Of a DNA stretch of 64,000 nucleotides, positions 37,594 to 47,210 are shown piece after piece. Location: the NCBI GenBank assembly GCA_963762255.1, contig CAVXKA010000001.1, forward strand, positions 1,659,984-1,723,983. Reading direction: 5' to 3'. How positions within the stretch are numbered: position 1 is the first letter of the stretch; every line of letters starts with the position of its first letter. The position numbers and the translations under genes are program-made. The notes under the pieces are model-generated. The model saw only the letters and a program-made list of their open reading frames with translations, did no database searches and was not told the origin of the DNA. This DNA is from Candidatus Eiseniibacteriota bacterium (lineage in GTDB: Bacteria; Eisenbacteria; RBG-16-71-46; JABDJR01).

Positions 37594-39120
37594 ATGACCG
37601 TGTGGATGCCAGGAACGCACGCACGTGAGATGGGTCGCACGGAACCTGATCGCGTCTTGTCCCCGCCCCCCGTCCTCAAGCCGATCCCGAAGCGCTCCCT
37701 GACTCTCGGCCTTGCCCTGGCCGACCTCGCGATGGTTGTGGCCGCGTTCTGGGCGGGTCACCTGCTGCGGGACCCCGTGCTCGCCGTCGCTTCCGGTTGG
37801 CGCGTGAGCCTCGCGGCGCTGGGTGTGGCCGCAGCCGCCGTTGTCGTCTTCGGACTTCACGGCCTCTACGAGCCCCGCATGGCTTCTCGTGGATGGCGCC
37901 AGCTCGGGTTGATGATGCGCTCCTGGCTCGTGCTGCTCGGCCTGGTGATCCTCACGATCTTTCTCGTCAAGGCCGACGCTCCGCTTCGCTCGCGTCTCGC
38001 CCTCCTCTATTTCTTCCTGTTCGGCGCCGCCGGCACCGCGCTCCTGCGCGCGGGAGTGTGGCGCCCCGCGCTGCTGCACTACCTGGGCACGGAGCTGCGC
38101 GGTGCGCGCGTGATCGTCGGCACCGGGCGTCTCGCCCGGCGCGCGGCGGGCGCCGCCTCGCGACTCGATCCCATTCTGGTGGGGTTCGTGGACGATGCCG
38201 AGGCTCCGGACTCACCGCGGACGAATCGCTCGGAGGAACTCCCCGCTCCGCTTCTCGGGGGGATGGAAGATGTACGCCGGCTGGCGCGCGAGCACCGGAT
38301 CTCCGAGGTGCTGGTGGCGCGCGAGGATCTCTCCCGCGGGCGCTTGGTGGAACTCGGCCACGAGTGGATGGACGAAGGATTGCGCGTGAGCCTCGTCTCC
38401 AGCGCCTTCGAAGTCATGGTGGCCCGCGCCTCGGGGGGGCTTGTCGGCGGCGTGCCCCTGGCCGAACTCAAACGCTCGCCGCAGCGCGGTTGGGGGCTCA
38501 AGCTCAAGCGTTTGCTGGACGTGAGCGCGGTGGTGATCGGTGGGGTTCCGCTTCTTCCCGTCTTGGCCGCGGTGGCGTTGGCAATCCGCTTCTCGTCTCC
38601 GGGGTCCGTGCTCTATCGGCAGGAGCGGGTCGGGCGCAAGGGGAAGCCGTTCCTGCTCTATAAGTTCCGCAGCATGGTGGTGAACAACGATGACGGAGTG
38701 CACCGGCGCTACGTGGAGGCGCTCATGCACGGCGGCGCGGCCTCGGTGGACGACGCTGGCCGCAAGATCTATAAGCTGGCCGACGACCCGCGGATCACGC
38801 CGCTGGGGAGGTTTCTGCGACGGACCAGCCTGGACGAGCTGCCGCAGCTCTGGAACGTACTCGTCGGCGACATGAGCCTCGTGGGGCCCCGACCCTGCCT
38901 TCCCTACGAATGGGACCTCTACGAGGACTGGCAGCGCCACCGCCTCGACGTGCTGCCCGGCATCACCGGCCTCTGGCAGGTGGCCGCCCGCAGTCAGGTG
39001 ACATTTGAGGAGATGGTGCTCTTGGACCTACACTACATCACGAACTGGTCCCTGGGGCTGGATCTGACGCTTCTCGCCCGCACGGTGCCGGTCGTTCTCT
39101 CGGGGCGCGGGGGACATTAG
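37594..39120 (+). CDS. priming polyprenyl glycosylphosphotransferase (WbaP/WcaJ family)
   Basis: N-terminal TM helices; [60 protein letters not shown]; start uncertain. Confidence 0.93.
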   Translation: MTVWMPGTHAREMGRTEPDRVLSPPPVLKPIPKRSLTLGLALADLAMVVAAFWAGHLLRDPVLAVASGWRVSLAALGVAAAAVVVFGLHGLYEPRMASRGWRQLGLMMRSWLVLLGLVILTIFLVKADAPLRSRLALLYFFLFGAAGTALLRAGVWRPALLHYLGTELRGARVIVGTGRLARRAAGAASRLDPILVGFVDDAEAPDSPRTNRSEELPAPLLGGMEDVRRLAREHRISEVLVAREDLSRGRLVELGHEWMDEGLRVSLVSSAFEVMVARASGGLVGGVPLAELKRSPQRGWGLKLKRLLDVSAVVIGGVPLLPVLAAVALAIRFSSPGSVLYRQERVGRKGKPFLLYKFRSMVVNNDDGVHRRYVEALMHGGAASVDDAGRKIYKLADDPRITPLGRFLRRTSLDELPQLWNVLVGDMSLVGPRPCLPYEWDLYEDWQRHRLDVLPGITGLWQVAARSQVTFEEMVLLDLHYITNWSLGLDLTLLARTVPVVLSGRGGH

Positions 39121-39156
39121 GGCGGCGGATCGAACGCCGGAACCTCGGAGGGTTAC

Positions 39157-40203
39157 ATGCTGACTGTGGGAGTTATCGGGTGCGGCTACTGGGGGCCGAA
39201 CCTCGTCCGTAACTTGGTGGAGAATCGCCGCTGCCAGAACGTGGTCGTGTGCGACCTGGATCGCGCGCGCCTCGACTACATCCAGCAGAGGTATCCGGTG
39301 GCGGGAGCCACCACGGATTTCCACGACCTGCTGGACAATCCCGCGGTGGACGCGGTGGTGATCGCGACGCCTCTTTCGGGCCATTTCCCGCTCGCGCAGC
39401 GCGCCCTGGAGAGCGGCAAGCATATCTTCGTTGAAAAGCCCTTCGCGCACACCGCCGCGCAGGCGCGCACCCTCATCGACCTCGGCGAGGAGCAGGGCAA
39501 GGTGGTGATGGTCGGGCACACCTTCGAGTACTCGCCGGCCGTGCAGAAGATCCGCGAGGTGATCAAGAGCGGCGAGCTGGGCGAGATCTACTACATCTCG
39601 TCGAGCCGCGTGAACCTCGGCCTCCATCAGAAGGACGTGTCGGTGCTGTGGGATCTCGCGCCGCACGATCTCTCGATGATCTTCTCCTGGCTCAACGAGT
39701 ACCCGGTGCGCGTGGCCGCGGTGGGCCGCGACTACGTCCAGCCCGGGCTGCCCGACGTGGCCTTCCTGGACCTCGACTTCAGCTCCGGCGTTCTGGCCCA
39801 CGTGCAGGTCTCGTGGCTCTCGCCCTCCAAGCTGCGCAACACGACGATCGTGGGGTCGCGGAAGATGCTGGTCTATGACGACACCGAGCACCTGGAGAAG
39901 GTGAAGATCTTCGACAAGGGCGTGAACTACCGCGATCCGGAGACCTTCGGCGAGTACCAGCTCTCCTACCGCGCGGGCGATATCGTGTCGCCGAAGCTCG
40001 ACTCGTACGAGCCGCTGCAAGCGGAGATCGAGGACTTCCTGAAGTCGATCCAGGAGGACGGGAAGCCGCGGGCCGACGGCATGTCGGGGCTGCGCGTGGT
40101 GCAGGTGCTGGAGGCGGCGGACCGCTCGCTGGCCACGGGCGGAGCGCCCGAGTCGCTCGATTGGGACGTGGCCCCGATCAAGACCCGGCGCGTGCCGGTC
40201 TAG
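39157..40203 (+). CDS. Gfo/Idh/MocA oxidoreductase (nucleotide-sugar 3-dehydrogenase-like)
   Basis: GVIGCGYWGPNLVRN, HIFVEKP, VLWDLAPHD; RBS GGAGG. Confidence 0.88.
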   Translation: MLTVGVIGCGYWGPNLVRNLVENRRCQNVVVCDLDRARLDYIQQRYPVAGATTDFHDLLDNPAVDAVVIATPLSGHFPLAQRALESGKHIFVEKPFAHTAAQARTLIDLGEEQGKVVMVGHTFEYSPAVQKIREVIKSGELGEIYYISSSRVNLGLHQKDVSVLWDLAPHDLSMIFSWLNEYPVRVAAVGRDYVQPGLPDVAFLDLDFSSGVLAHVQVSWLSPSKLRNTTIVGSRKMLVYDDTEHLEKVKIFDKGVNYRDPETFGEYQLSYRAGDIVSPKLDSYEPLQAEIEDFLKSIQEDGKPRADGMSGLRVVQVLEAADRSLATGGAPESLDWDVAPIKTRRVPV

Positions 40204-40216
40204 GGGGGCGACACCC

Positions 40217-40852
40217 ATGGACGCGCGCATCTATCCCAACGTCACGTTGGGCGAGGGGACGATCGTGCATCCCTTCGCCATCCTGGGCTTTCCTCCGCGG
40301 GGCCGCACCGAGGGCGAGCTGCCGCTCGTGATCGGCCCCGGCGGGGTCATCCGCCCCTTCACCACCATCTACGCCGGCACCGTGATCGGCGCGCGCTTCA
40401 ACAGCGGCCAGGGCGCCTCCATCCGCGAGGACAACGTGATCGGCGACGGGTGTTCGGTGGGGACCAACGCCGTTCTCGAGTACGGCAACCGGATCGGCAA
40501 CGGCACCCGCGTTCACAGCGGCTGCTTCCTGGAGCGGACGATCCTCGGCGAGAACGTGTTCGTCGCGCCGAACGTGGTGTTCACCGACGATCCGCATCCG
40601 CCCTGCCCGCGTTACGGCGATTGCAAGGGTGGGGTCGTGGTGGGGGACTACACCGCCATCGGCGGCAACGTCACCGTTCTGCCCGGCGTGAAGATCGGCT
40701 CGCACTGCCTCATCGGCGGGGGATCGGTGGTGACCGCCGATGTCCCCGACGGCATGGTCGCCGCGGGCTCGCCGGCGCGCGTGATCAAGCGGGTGGATGA
40801 GCTCGTGTGCTGGCCGGGATTCTATCCGCATCCGTACGCATGGGAGACGTAG
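40217..40852 (+). CDS. hexapeptide-repeat N-acetyltransferase (WbpD-like)
   Basis: LbH repeats; IGNGTRVHS, FVAPNVVFTDD, IGGGSVVTADVP, GSPARVIK. Confidence 0.85.
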   Translation: MDARIYPNVTLGEGTIVHPFAILGFPPRGRTEGELPLVIGPGGVIRPFTTIYAGTVIGARFNSGQGASIREDNVIGDGCSVGTNAVLEYGNRIGNGTRVHSGCFLERTILGENVFVAPNVVFTDDPHPPCPRYGDCKGGVVVGDYTAIGGNVTVLPGVKIGSHCLIGGGSVVTADVPDGMVAAGSPARVIKRVDELVCWPGFYPHPYAWET

Positions 40853-40878
40853 GGCGGTCCGCGTCGCACGTCACCCTG

Positions 40879-40887
40879 TGATACAAT
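40879..40887 (+). promoter_or_regulatory. extended -10 element before the ACP-FkbH cassette
   Basis: TG-A-TACAAT in the intergenic region. Confidence 0.4.
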
Positions 40888-40986
40888 CCGCCGCGCTCTT
40901 GGATCTATTGGATCACCTCTTCAGACCGAGCGGGCTGCATGCATGACTCGACCTGCTTCACTGTCAGTAGCCCCGGGGAATGAGCA

Positions 40987-41280
40987 ATGGCGCGGTTCGA
41001 GGATCTGGAACAAGCCGTGCTCCGGGCAGTCGTCAACGTCAACGCGGTGCTCCCTGAGGATCAGCAGTTGGACGCCCGGCCGGGGGCGTTGCTGGCCTCG
41101 CGGCTCGATTCTCTGGGACTCGCCAACCTCCTGGTCGCGGTGGATGCGGAGTTGGAGGCCCTCGGGACCGACATCCCTCTCGCCGACGCGCTGAACGCGA
41201 CGGCTGAGGACGGGCCGCTGCATTCGGTGACCACCCTGACCCGTTTCCTCGCCGAATCCTCGGGGCGTTCCGATGGCTGA
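40987..41280 (+). CDS. acyl carrier protein
   Basis: 97 aa, acidic, phosphopantetheine motif RLDSLGL; adjacent to FkbH. Confidence 0.8.
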   Translation: MARFEDLEQAVLRAVVNVNAVLPEDQQLDARPGALLASRLDSLGLANLLVAVDAELEALGTDIPLADALNATAEDGPLHSVTTLTRFLAESSGRSDG

Positions 41281-42982
41281 ACCTGCGGGAGAGCGGCTCC
41301 ACGGCGTCATCCTGTCCGACTTCAATCTCCAGAACCTCTCCCAGCTTCTCGATCGCGACGACGCCTACCCCGCGGTGCGCACGCGCGTGGGGGCCTACGG
41401 GCAGGTCGTCCCCGTGCTGATGGATGAACGGGCGGAGGTATGGAGCCCGAAGCCCGATTTCACGATCCTCTGGTCGCGGCCGGAGAGCATCGCTCCCGCG
41501 TTCCGACAGCTTCTGCACTTCGAGACGATCGATACCGACGCCGTATTGCGCGACGTGGAGCGGTTCGCGGCGGCGGTGGTGAAGGCTGCCGACCGCACCG
41601 GCACCGCGTTCCTTCCCCTCTGGGTGCTCACGCCGCCCAGTCGCGGTTTCGGGCCGCTCGATCGCCGGCCGGGGCTCGGCGTGGAGGATCTCCTCGCACG
41701 CATGAACCTGCGGCTCGCCGAGGCGGTCGCATCTGCGGCCAACGTGTACGTGCTGGACGCCGACCGTTGGATCCGCGCGGCGGGAGCGGACGCGTTCGAT
41801 CCGAAGCTCTGGTATCTTGCCAAGACGCCCTTCTCGGTGGGGCTGCTCCAGGAAGCGGTTCAGGACGTCAAGGCCGCGCTGCAGGGGATCGCGGGCCGTG
41901 CGCGAAAGGTCATTATCCTGGATCTCGACAACACCCTCTGGGGCGGTGTCGTGGGCGACGACGGGTGGGAGAACCTGCGCCTCGGCGGACACGACCCCGT
42001 GGGAGAGGCCTTTGCCGATTTTCAACGGGCCCTGAAGGCGCTCACCCACCGAGGCGTGCTCCTGGCGCTGGTCAGCAAGAACGAAGAGAGCACGGCTCTG
42101 GAGGCGATCCGACGGCATCCGGAGATGGTGCTGAGCCTCGACGATCTGGCCGGATGGGTGATCGACTGGGAGGACAAGGCGGCCAACATCGCGAGACTCA
42201 TGACGAAGCTCAACCTCGGACTGGATGCGGCGGTTTTCATCGACGACAGCCCCAACGAGCGCGAGCGGGTCAGAAGCGCGCTGCCCTCCGTGCTGGTGCC
42301 GGATTGGCCGCGGGATCCGCTTCTCTACCCCTCGTGCCTGCAGGCGCTGCGCTGTTTCGATGGGCCGAGCATTACCGAGGAAGACCGGGCGCGTTCGGGT
42401 AGCTACGTGTCGAGCCGCAAGCGGGACGACCTGAAGCGGGAGGTGGGATCCCTCGAGGACTGGATGACCTCCCTCGGGGTGCGGGTCCGGGTTGAGCCCC
42501 TCTCGGAGGAGAACCTTCCTCGCTGCGTTCAGCTCCTCAACAAGACCAACCAGATGAACCTCTCGACCCGGCGGATGACCCTGGAGGAACTTCGCGCCTG
42601 GGCTCTCGGGGAGGGTCGGTTCTTCTGGGCGTATCGTGTCTCCGACCGTCTCGGGGATTCGGGGCTCACCGGCCTTGGCAGCCTCGATGTCTCGGGCGAC
42701 TCGGCGGTGTGCCGGGACTTTGTGGTGAGTTGCCGGGTCATGGGCAAGGGTGCGGAAGAGACGATGTTGGCCCATCTGGTGCAAGAAGCGGAGAGACGCC
42801 ACGCCCGGAGTCTTCGCTTCGAGTACCTCGCCAACGAGAAGAACAAACCATTGCTTCGATTCCTTGAAGCGGCGCGGCTGGATCGAGAGGGGAATGTGTT
42901 CCTTTGGCGCAAGGGGATGAGATTGGAGAAGCCGCCGCATGTGGAGCTCGATGCGGCAGTCCATCCGGGGCTTGAACAATGA
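41273..42982 (+). CDS. FkbH-like HAD-IIIC phosphatase / glyceryl-ACP loading enzyme
   Basis: KVIILDLDNTLWGGVVGDDG, VSKNEE, DWEDKAANI, FIDDSPNER, QLLNKTNQMNL, DRLGDSGL, VSCRVMG. Confidence 0.92.
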   Translation: MAEPAGERLHGVILSDFNLQNLSQLLDRDDAYPAVRTRVGAYGQVVPVLMDERAEVWSPKPDFTILWSRPESIAPAFRQLLHFETIDTDAVLRDVERFAAAVVKAADRTGTAFLPLWVLTPPSRGFGPLDRRPGLGVEDLLARMNLRLAEAVASAANVYVLDADRWIRAAGADAFDPKLWYLAKTPFSVGLLQEAVQDVKAALQGIAGRARKVIILDLDNTLWGGVVGDDGWENLRLGGHDPVGEAFADFQRALKALTHRGVLLALVSKNEESTALEAIRRHPEMVLSLDDLAGWVIDWEDKAANIARLMTKLNLGLDAAVFIDDSPNERERVRSALPSVLVPDWPRDPLLYPSCLQALRCFDGPSITEEDRARSGSYVSSRKRDDLKREVGSLEDWMTSLGVRVRVEPLSEENLPRCVQLLNKTNQMNLSTRRMTLEELRAWALGEGRFFWAYRVSDRLGDSGLTGLGSLDVSGDSAVCRDFVVSCRVMGKGAEETMLAHLVQEAERRHARSLRFEYLANEKNKPLLRFLEAARLDREGNVFLWRKGMRLEKPPHVELDAAVHPGLEQ

Positions 42983-43467
42983 TCCGGCGCGTGTTGAACC
43001 GTTTTCTCCAAGGGGTGGCCCTGTACGCTCCCGGAGCTACCGGTTTCCGGGTCATGCTCCATCGCTGGCGCGGGGTGAAGATCGGTGCGGGGACGTTTAT
43101 CAGCGTCGGAGCCATCATCGAAACCGAGCGCCCCGAGCTCGTCTCCATCGGGAGCAACGTGACCATCGGGATCCGCGCCGTGCTCATCGGCCACTTCCGT
43201 GAGGAAGACTGGCCGGAGAAGCCGACGGTGATCATCGAGGATGATGCGTTTGTCGGTCCCGGTGCCATCATTCTGCCGCACGTGCGGATCGGGCGGGGGG
43301 CGGTCGTCACCGCGGGAACGGTGGTCGCGCGCTCGGTGCCTCCCGCCACCATGGTCCGCGGGAACCCGGCGACGGCGGTGGCCACGTGCGGTGTGCCGTT
43401 GGGAGTCACGACCCTCTACGCCGACTTCGTCCGTCATCTCCGGCCCGTACCGAAGGCCGGCCCGTGA
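42979..43467 (+). CDS. hexapeptide-repeat acyltransferase
   Basis: GVKIGAGTFI, IIEDDAFVGPGAIILPHVRIGRGAVV, GNPA. Confidence 0.85.
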   Translation: MIRRVLNRFLQGVALYAPGATGFRVMLHRWRGVKIGAGTFISVGAIIETERPELVSIGSNVTIGIRAVLIGHFREEDWPEKPTVIIEDDAFVGPGAIILPHVRIGRGAVVTAGTVVARSVPPATMVRGNPATAVATCGVPLGVTTLYADFVRHLRPVPKAGP

Positions 43468-45035
43468 AGCGGATCTCGGTCGCACCCGCTTCCGAGTTCG
43501 AGAAGCGTTCCCGCCTCTTCAACGCGTTCGAGCGGGCCTTTCCCGTTCGGTTCGCCGGCGGCCACCCAGCCGACGGACCGGCGTGCGACGGTGCGATTTT
43601 CCTCGGCGTCAAGCCCGATGACGGAGACGCACTTCCCTTCCTGGCGATGAACGCGGCCGCGGGTGATCGCCGCGAGTCCCGGTGGATCGAGTTCCTGGAC
43701 GTTCCGGAGGTGGACCGGCGACTTCGGGGGCGCCGGTTGGTTGACCGCCAACTCGGGGGCTTGGGATCCTGCCCAGGTGGCCCGCAAGTGCAGGTGCTGG
43801 CGCTGTCCGACGGGCAACCGGTGTGGGCGAGGCACCGGAGCGGAACCGGCGGTTGGGCGGCGTCCTTGCCCGGGGAGCTGGGTGCCCACGAGACCCTCCG
43901 CGACCGGCTGCGCGAGACGTCCTTCTTCTCGCTTCTGCCCATGGTGCAGTTTCTGCGGGAAGTCACCCGGGGCTTGGCGCTCGAACCTCCGCCCCTGCGC
44001 GCGGCATTCCTGTTCGACGACCCCAACCTGCACGGGCGATCCTACGGCCACATGCGATTCCCCGAGCTGGCTGCTCACGCCCAGGAGCACGGTTATCACG
44101 TCTCCTGCGCCACCATACCTCTCGACGGGTGGTGGGTGAACCCGCGTGCGGCGGAGATCTTCCGCCGGCACCAGGCGCGGCTCTCGCTGTGCATGCACGG
44201 CAACAACCACACCTACCACGAACTGGCCGCGCCAGGCTCGCTGGACGCTTCCCTCGCGTTGGTGAGCCAGGCGCTCCGGCGGGTATGGCGTCTGGAGCGC
44301 ACCTCCGGATGCTCGGTCGACCGAATCATGGTGGCTCCCCACTGCGTGTGCGGGCAGACCACGATGCGGGCCATGGGGCTCCTCGGTCAGGAGGCCATCT
44401 GCATCAGCCGGCCTTATCCGTGGCTCGAGCATGCGCCCTCCGATGACCCATTGGCCCAGTGGGGGATCGGGGACGTGGTGGAAGGTCTGCCCGTCATCCC
44501 TCGGTGGCCGCTGGCCTGGTCCGACGATGACATCGTGTTCAGGAGCTACCTGGATCAGCCGCTGGTCCTCTACGGCCACCACGACGATCTAGCCCCGGGG
44601 CTGAACGTGCTGGCCGCCCGCGCGGAGATGGTGAACTCGCTCGGCGAGGTGACGTGGTGCCGGCTCAGGGAGATCTCGCGGACGAATCTCCTCAAGCGCA
44701 GCGAGGGGAGCACGTTGCACGTCCGACTCGTATCGAGGCGGGTGCGCGTCGAGGTTCCCGCCGGCGTCGACATCATCAGGCTGGACGGCCCGTTCCAATG
44801 GGACGCTGAGGAGATTCGGGCCGACGGGGGTACGGTGCTGGTCGACAGAGCCATCGAGTTGTCGCCGGAGGTGTCGAGGGTCGGCGCCGTCGTAGAGATC
44901 TCGGTGCACCCCCGCGACGCTCGCGATCCGGCGAATATCCCCTCGCCCCGATTCTCGGTTCGCCCCTGGATTCGTCGGGCGCTGACGGAGAGCCGCGACC
45001 GAGTCCGACCGTGGTCCTCGCGGCTCGTGCATTAG
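43464..45035 (+). CDS. hypothetical protein with polysaccharide-deacetylase-like (NodB-fold) domain
   Basis: FLFDDP, CMHGNNHT and LYGHHDD resemble the D-D / H-x3-H metal motifs of carbohydrate esterase 4; GTG overlaps the previous stop. Confidence 0.55.
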   Translation: MKRISVAPASEFEKRSRLFNAFERAFPVRFAGGHPADGPACDGAIFLGVKPDDGDALPFLAMNAAAGDRRESRWIEFLDVPEVDRRLRGRRLVDRQLGGLGSCPGGPQVQVLALSDGQPVWARHRSGTGGWAASLPGELGAHETLRDRLRETSFFSLLPMVQFLREVTRGLALEPPPLRAAFLFDDPNLHGRSYGHMRFPELAAHAQEHGYHVSCATIPLDGWWVNPRAAEIFRRHQARLSLCMHGNNHTYHELAAPGSLDASLALVSQALRRVWRLERTSGCSVDRIMVAPHCVCGQTTMRAMGLLGQEAICISRPYPWLEHAPSDDPLAQWGIGDVVEGLPVIPRWPLAWSDDDIVFRSYLDQPLVLYGHHDDLAPGLNVLAARAEMVNSLGEVTWCRLREISRTNLLKRSEGSTLHVRLVSRRVRVEVPAGVDIIRLDGPFQWDAEEIRADGGTVLVDRAIELSPEVSRVGAVVEISVHPRDARDPANIPSPRFSVRPWIRRALTESRDRVRPWSSRLVH

Positions 45036-45039
45036 CCCC

Positions 45040-45068
45040 TTGACCCGTCCCAACGGGCCCGTTAGTGT
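45040..45068 (+). promoter_or_regulatory. putative sigma70 promoter of the export genes
   Basis: TTGACC-N17-TAGTGT. Confidence 0.45.
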
Positions 45069-45128
45069 CTTGCGGGGTTGAACTTAGGTCGGAAGCTCCC
45101 CGCGCCCTGCCGGGCGGAAAGCGCACCC

Positions 45129-47210
45129 ATGAGATTCGGTGTCCCCCCCCTTGGCCTCGTGTTGCTGCTCGGGTTAGCCGGGGCACCCGTGGCCTCGTCG
45201 CAGGGCTTTGCGCCCACCGCCGAATCGCAGGAGCGTCTCGACGCGACGGAGACCTACTCGGCGGCCGAGATCCGCAACCTCTTGCTGGCCCGTAACGTGC
45301 CGCCGGACGCGATCGAGCGTCTGCTCCAGGCGTACCCGGAGGACCGGACCTTCACGCCCGAAGAGACCCAGGTGCTGGTGGAGAGCGCGGTGGCGATCTC
45401 CGGCGTTCCGGAACGGGGCGAGGCGGCTTCGGCGCGCCGCCCCGCCGGGTATCCGGTCGGCCGCGAGGGGATTCGACCGGGGCTGGAGAAGGAACCGATC
45501 CAGTCCGTGCCCCAACCGATCCCCGGGGAGTTGCCGATCTTCGGGCAAGACCTCTTCGTGGTGGCGCCGGAGGGGTTCGAGCCGCCGCAGGATGTCGCGG
45601 TCGGCCCCGAGTATGTTCTGGGCGCCGGCGACGAGTTGGCCATTGTGCTCTGGGGCTCGGTCGAGAAGCAGTGGACCTCGCTGGTGAGCCGTGACGGCAA
45701 CGTCGCGCTCCCGCAGGTAGGCCTCATTCCCGCCGCCGGTCTCTCGCTTGCCGACTTCCGCGAGACGTTGCGCGCTCGGCTGGGAGCGGTGTACTCGGGC
45801 TTCGAGTTGAGCGTGAGCCTCAAGACGCTGCGCAGCATCCAGGTCTCGGTGCTGGGCGAGGTCCGCCGTCCCGGCACCTACACCTTGAGCCCGCTCTCCA
45901 CATCGTTCAACGCACTCTACTATGCGGGCGGCCCCACCGAGATCGGCACGCTGCGCGGGGTGAAGGTGTTCCGGGGCGACAGCCTCCTCGCGGTCGTGGA
46001 TCTCTACGACCTGCTCCTCTACGGCGAGAGCGGAGACGACGTGCGCCTGGGCACCGACTTCCGCGTGTTCGTTCCTCCCGTCTTCGGCCGGGTCTCCGTG
46101 CGCGGCGACGTCCGCCGGCCCGCGCGCTACGAAGTGAAGCCCGGGGAGACGGTGAACGATCTCGTGCGTTTCGCCGGCGGCACCACCGCGACCTCCTACA
46201 CGCCGCGCCAGGTGCTCGATCGCGTGCGCTCGGACGGAACCCGCGAGACCTTCGACATCGCCCTCGTCGCGGATGGCGGCCACACCGCGGTGCAGGACGG
46301 CGACGCGCTCACGATCTACTCGGTCTACCAGGTCGAGCCGCGCCTCTACGTCTACATCAGCGGTGAGGTCCAGGCGCCGGGCCGTTACGAACTCTTTCCC
46401 GGCATGACCGTCTCCGACCTCGTCTTCCGTGCCGGGAACCCGATCGAGAGCGCCTTCCTCAACGGAGGGGAACTCTCGCGGCTCGCGCCGAGCGAAGGGG
46501 ACTCGGTGGCCTATACCATCCCGTTCAGTTTGGAGAGTGCGATCCGCGAGCCGCACGGTGCCTCCGATTTCACGCTTCACGCCGAGGACCGTGTCCACAT
46601 CCGGCGTGCTCCCGGATGGGTGCCGCAGGCCACGGTGACGGTCACCGGCGAGGTGCGGTTTCCGGGCGCCTACTCGCTGACGCTGCGCGAGGAGCGGCTC
46701 TCGCAGGTGATGCATCGTGCAGGCGGGCTCAATGCCGAGGCGTTTCCCTCCGCGTCGGGGCTCTTCCGAAAGGAGGGGGGGCGCATCATCGTCGACTTTG
46801 CGCGCGTGCTCTCCAATCCCGGCAGCATCGAAGACGTCATTCTGGCCGACGGCGACTCGGTGTACGTGCCGCGATACAACGAGACGATCCAGGTCACGGG
46901 GGCGGTGAGTCGTCCGGGCGCCCTGATCTACAGACCGGGCAAGACCGCCGACTACTACCTCCGGCGGACGGGGGGACTCCGCGAGGACGCCGACAAGAGT
47001 CGCGTCCACATCATCGGGGTGGATGGATCCGCTCAGAAGGTCCGCCGCTCCATGTGGTTCGACCCCGAAGTGCCACCGGGGGCGGTCATCGAAGTGGGAA
47101 GCAAGACTCCGGGCAAGACCACCGACTGGCTCGGCGCCATCCGCGACGGCGCGACCATCATGAGCGGCCTCGCCACGACGATCTACATCATCACCCAGCT
47201 CAACAAATGA
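45129..47210 (+). CDS. polysaccharide export protein with multiple SLBB domains (Wza/KpsD-like)
   Basis: Signal peptide; YVLGAGDELAIVLWG; repeated GEVRRPGTY/GEVQAPGRY/GEVRFPGAY SLBB units. Confidence 0.9.
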   Translation: MRFGVPPLGLVLLLGLAGAPVASSQGFAPTAESQERLDATETYSAAEIRNLLLARNVPPDAIERLLQAYPEDRTFTPEETQVLVESAVAISGVPERGEAASARRPAGYPVGREGIRPGLEKEPIQSVPQPIPGELPIFGQDLFVVAPEGFEPPQDVAVGPEYVLGAGDELAIVLWGSVEKQWTSLVSRDGNVALPQVGLIPAAGLSLADFRETLRARLGAVYSGFELSVSLKTLRSIQVSVLGEVRRPGTYTLSPLSTSFNALYYAGGPTEIGTLRGVKVFRGDSLLAVVDLYDLLLYGESGDDVRLGTDFRVFVPPVFGRVSVRGDVRRPARYEVKPGETVNDLVRFAGGTTATSYTPRQVLDRVRSDGTRETFDIALVADGGHTAVQDGDALTIYSVYQVEPRLYVYISGEVQAPGRYELFPGMTVSDLVFRAGNPIESAFLNGGELSRLAPSEGDSVAYTIPFSLESAIREPHGASDFTLHAEDRVHIRRAPGWVPQATVTVTGEVRFPGAYSLTLREERLSQVMHRAGGLNAEAFPSASGLFRKEGGRIIVDFARVLSNPGSIEDVILADGDSVYVPRYNETIQVTGAVSRPGALIYRPGKTADYYLRRTGGLREDADKSRVHIIGVDGSAQKVRRSMWFDPEVPPGAVIEVGSKTPGKTTDWLGAIRDGATIMSGLATTIYIITQLNK

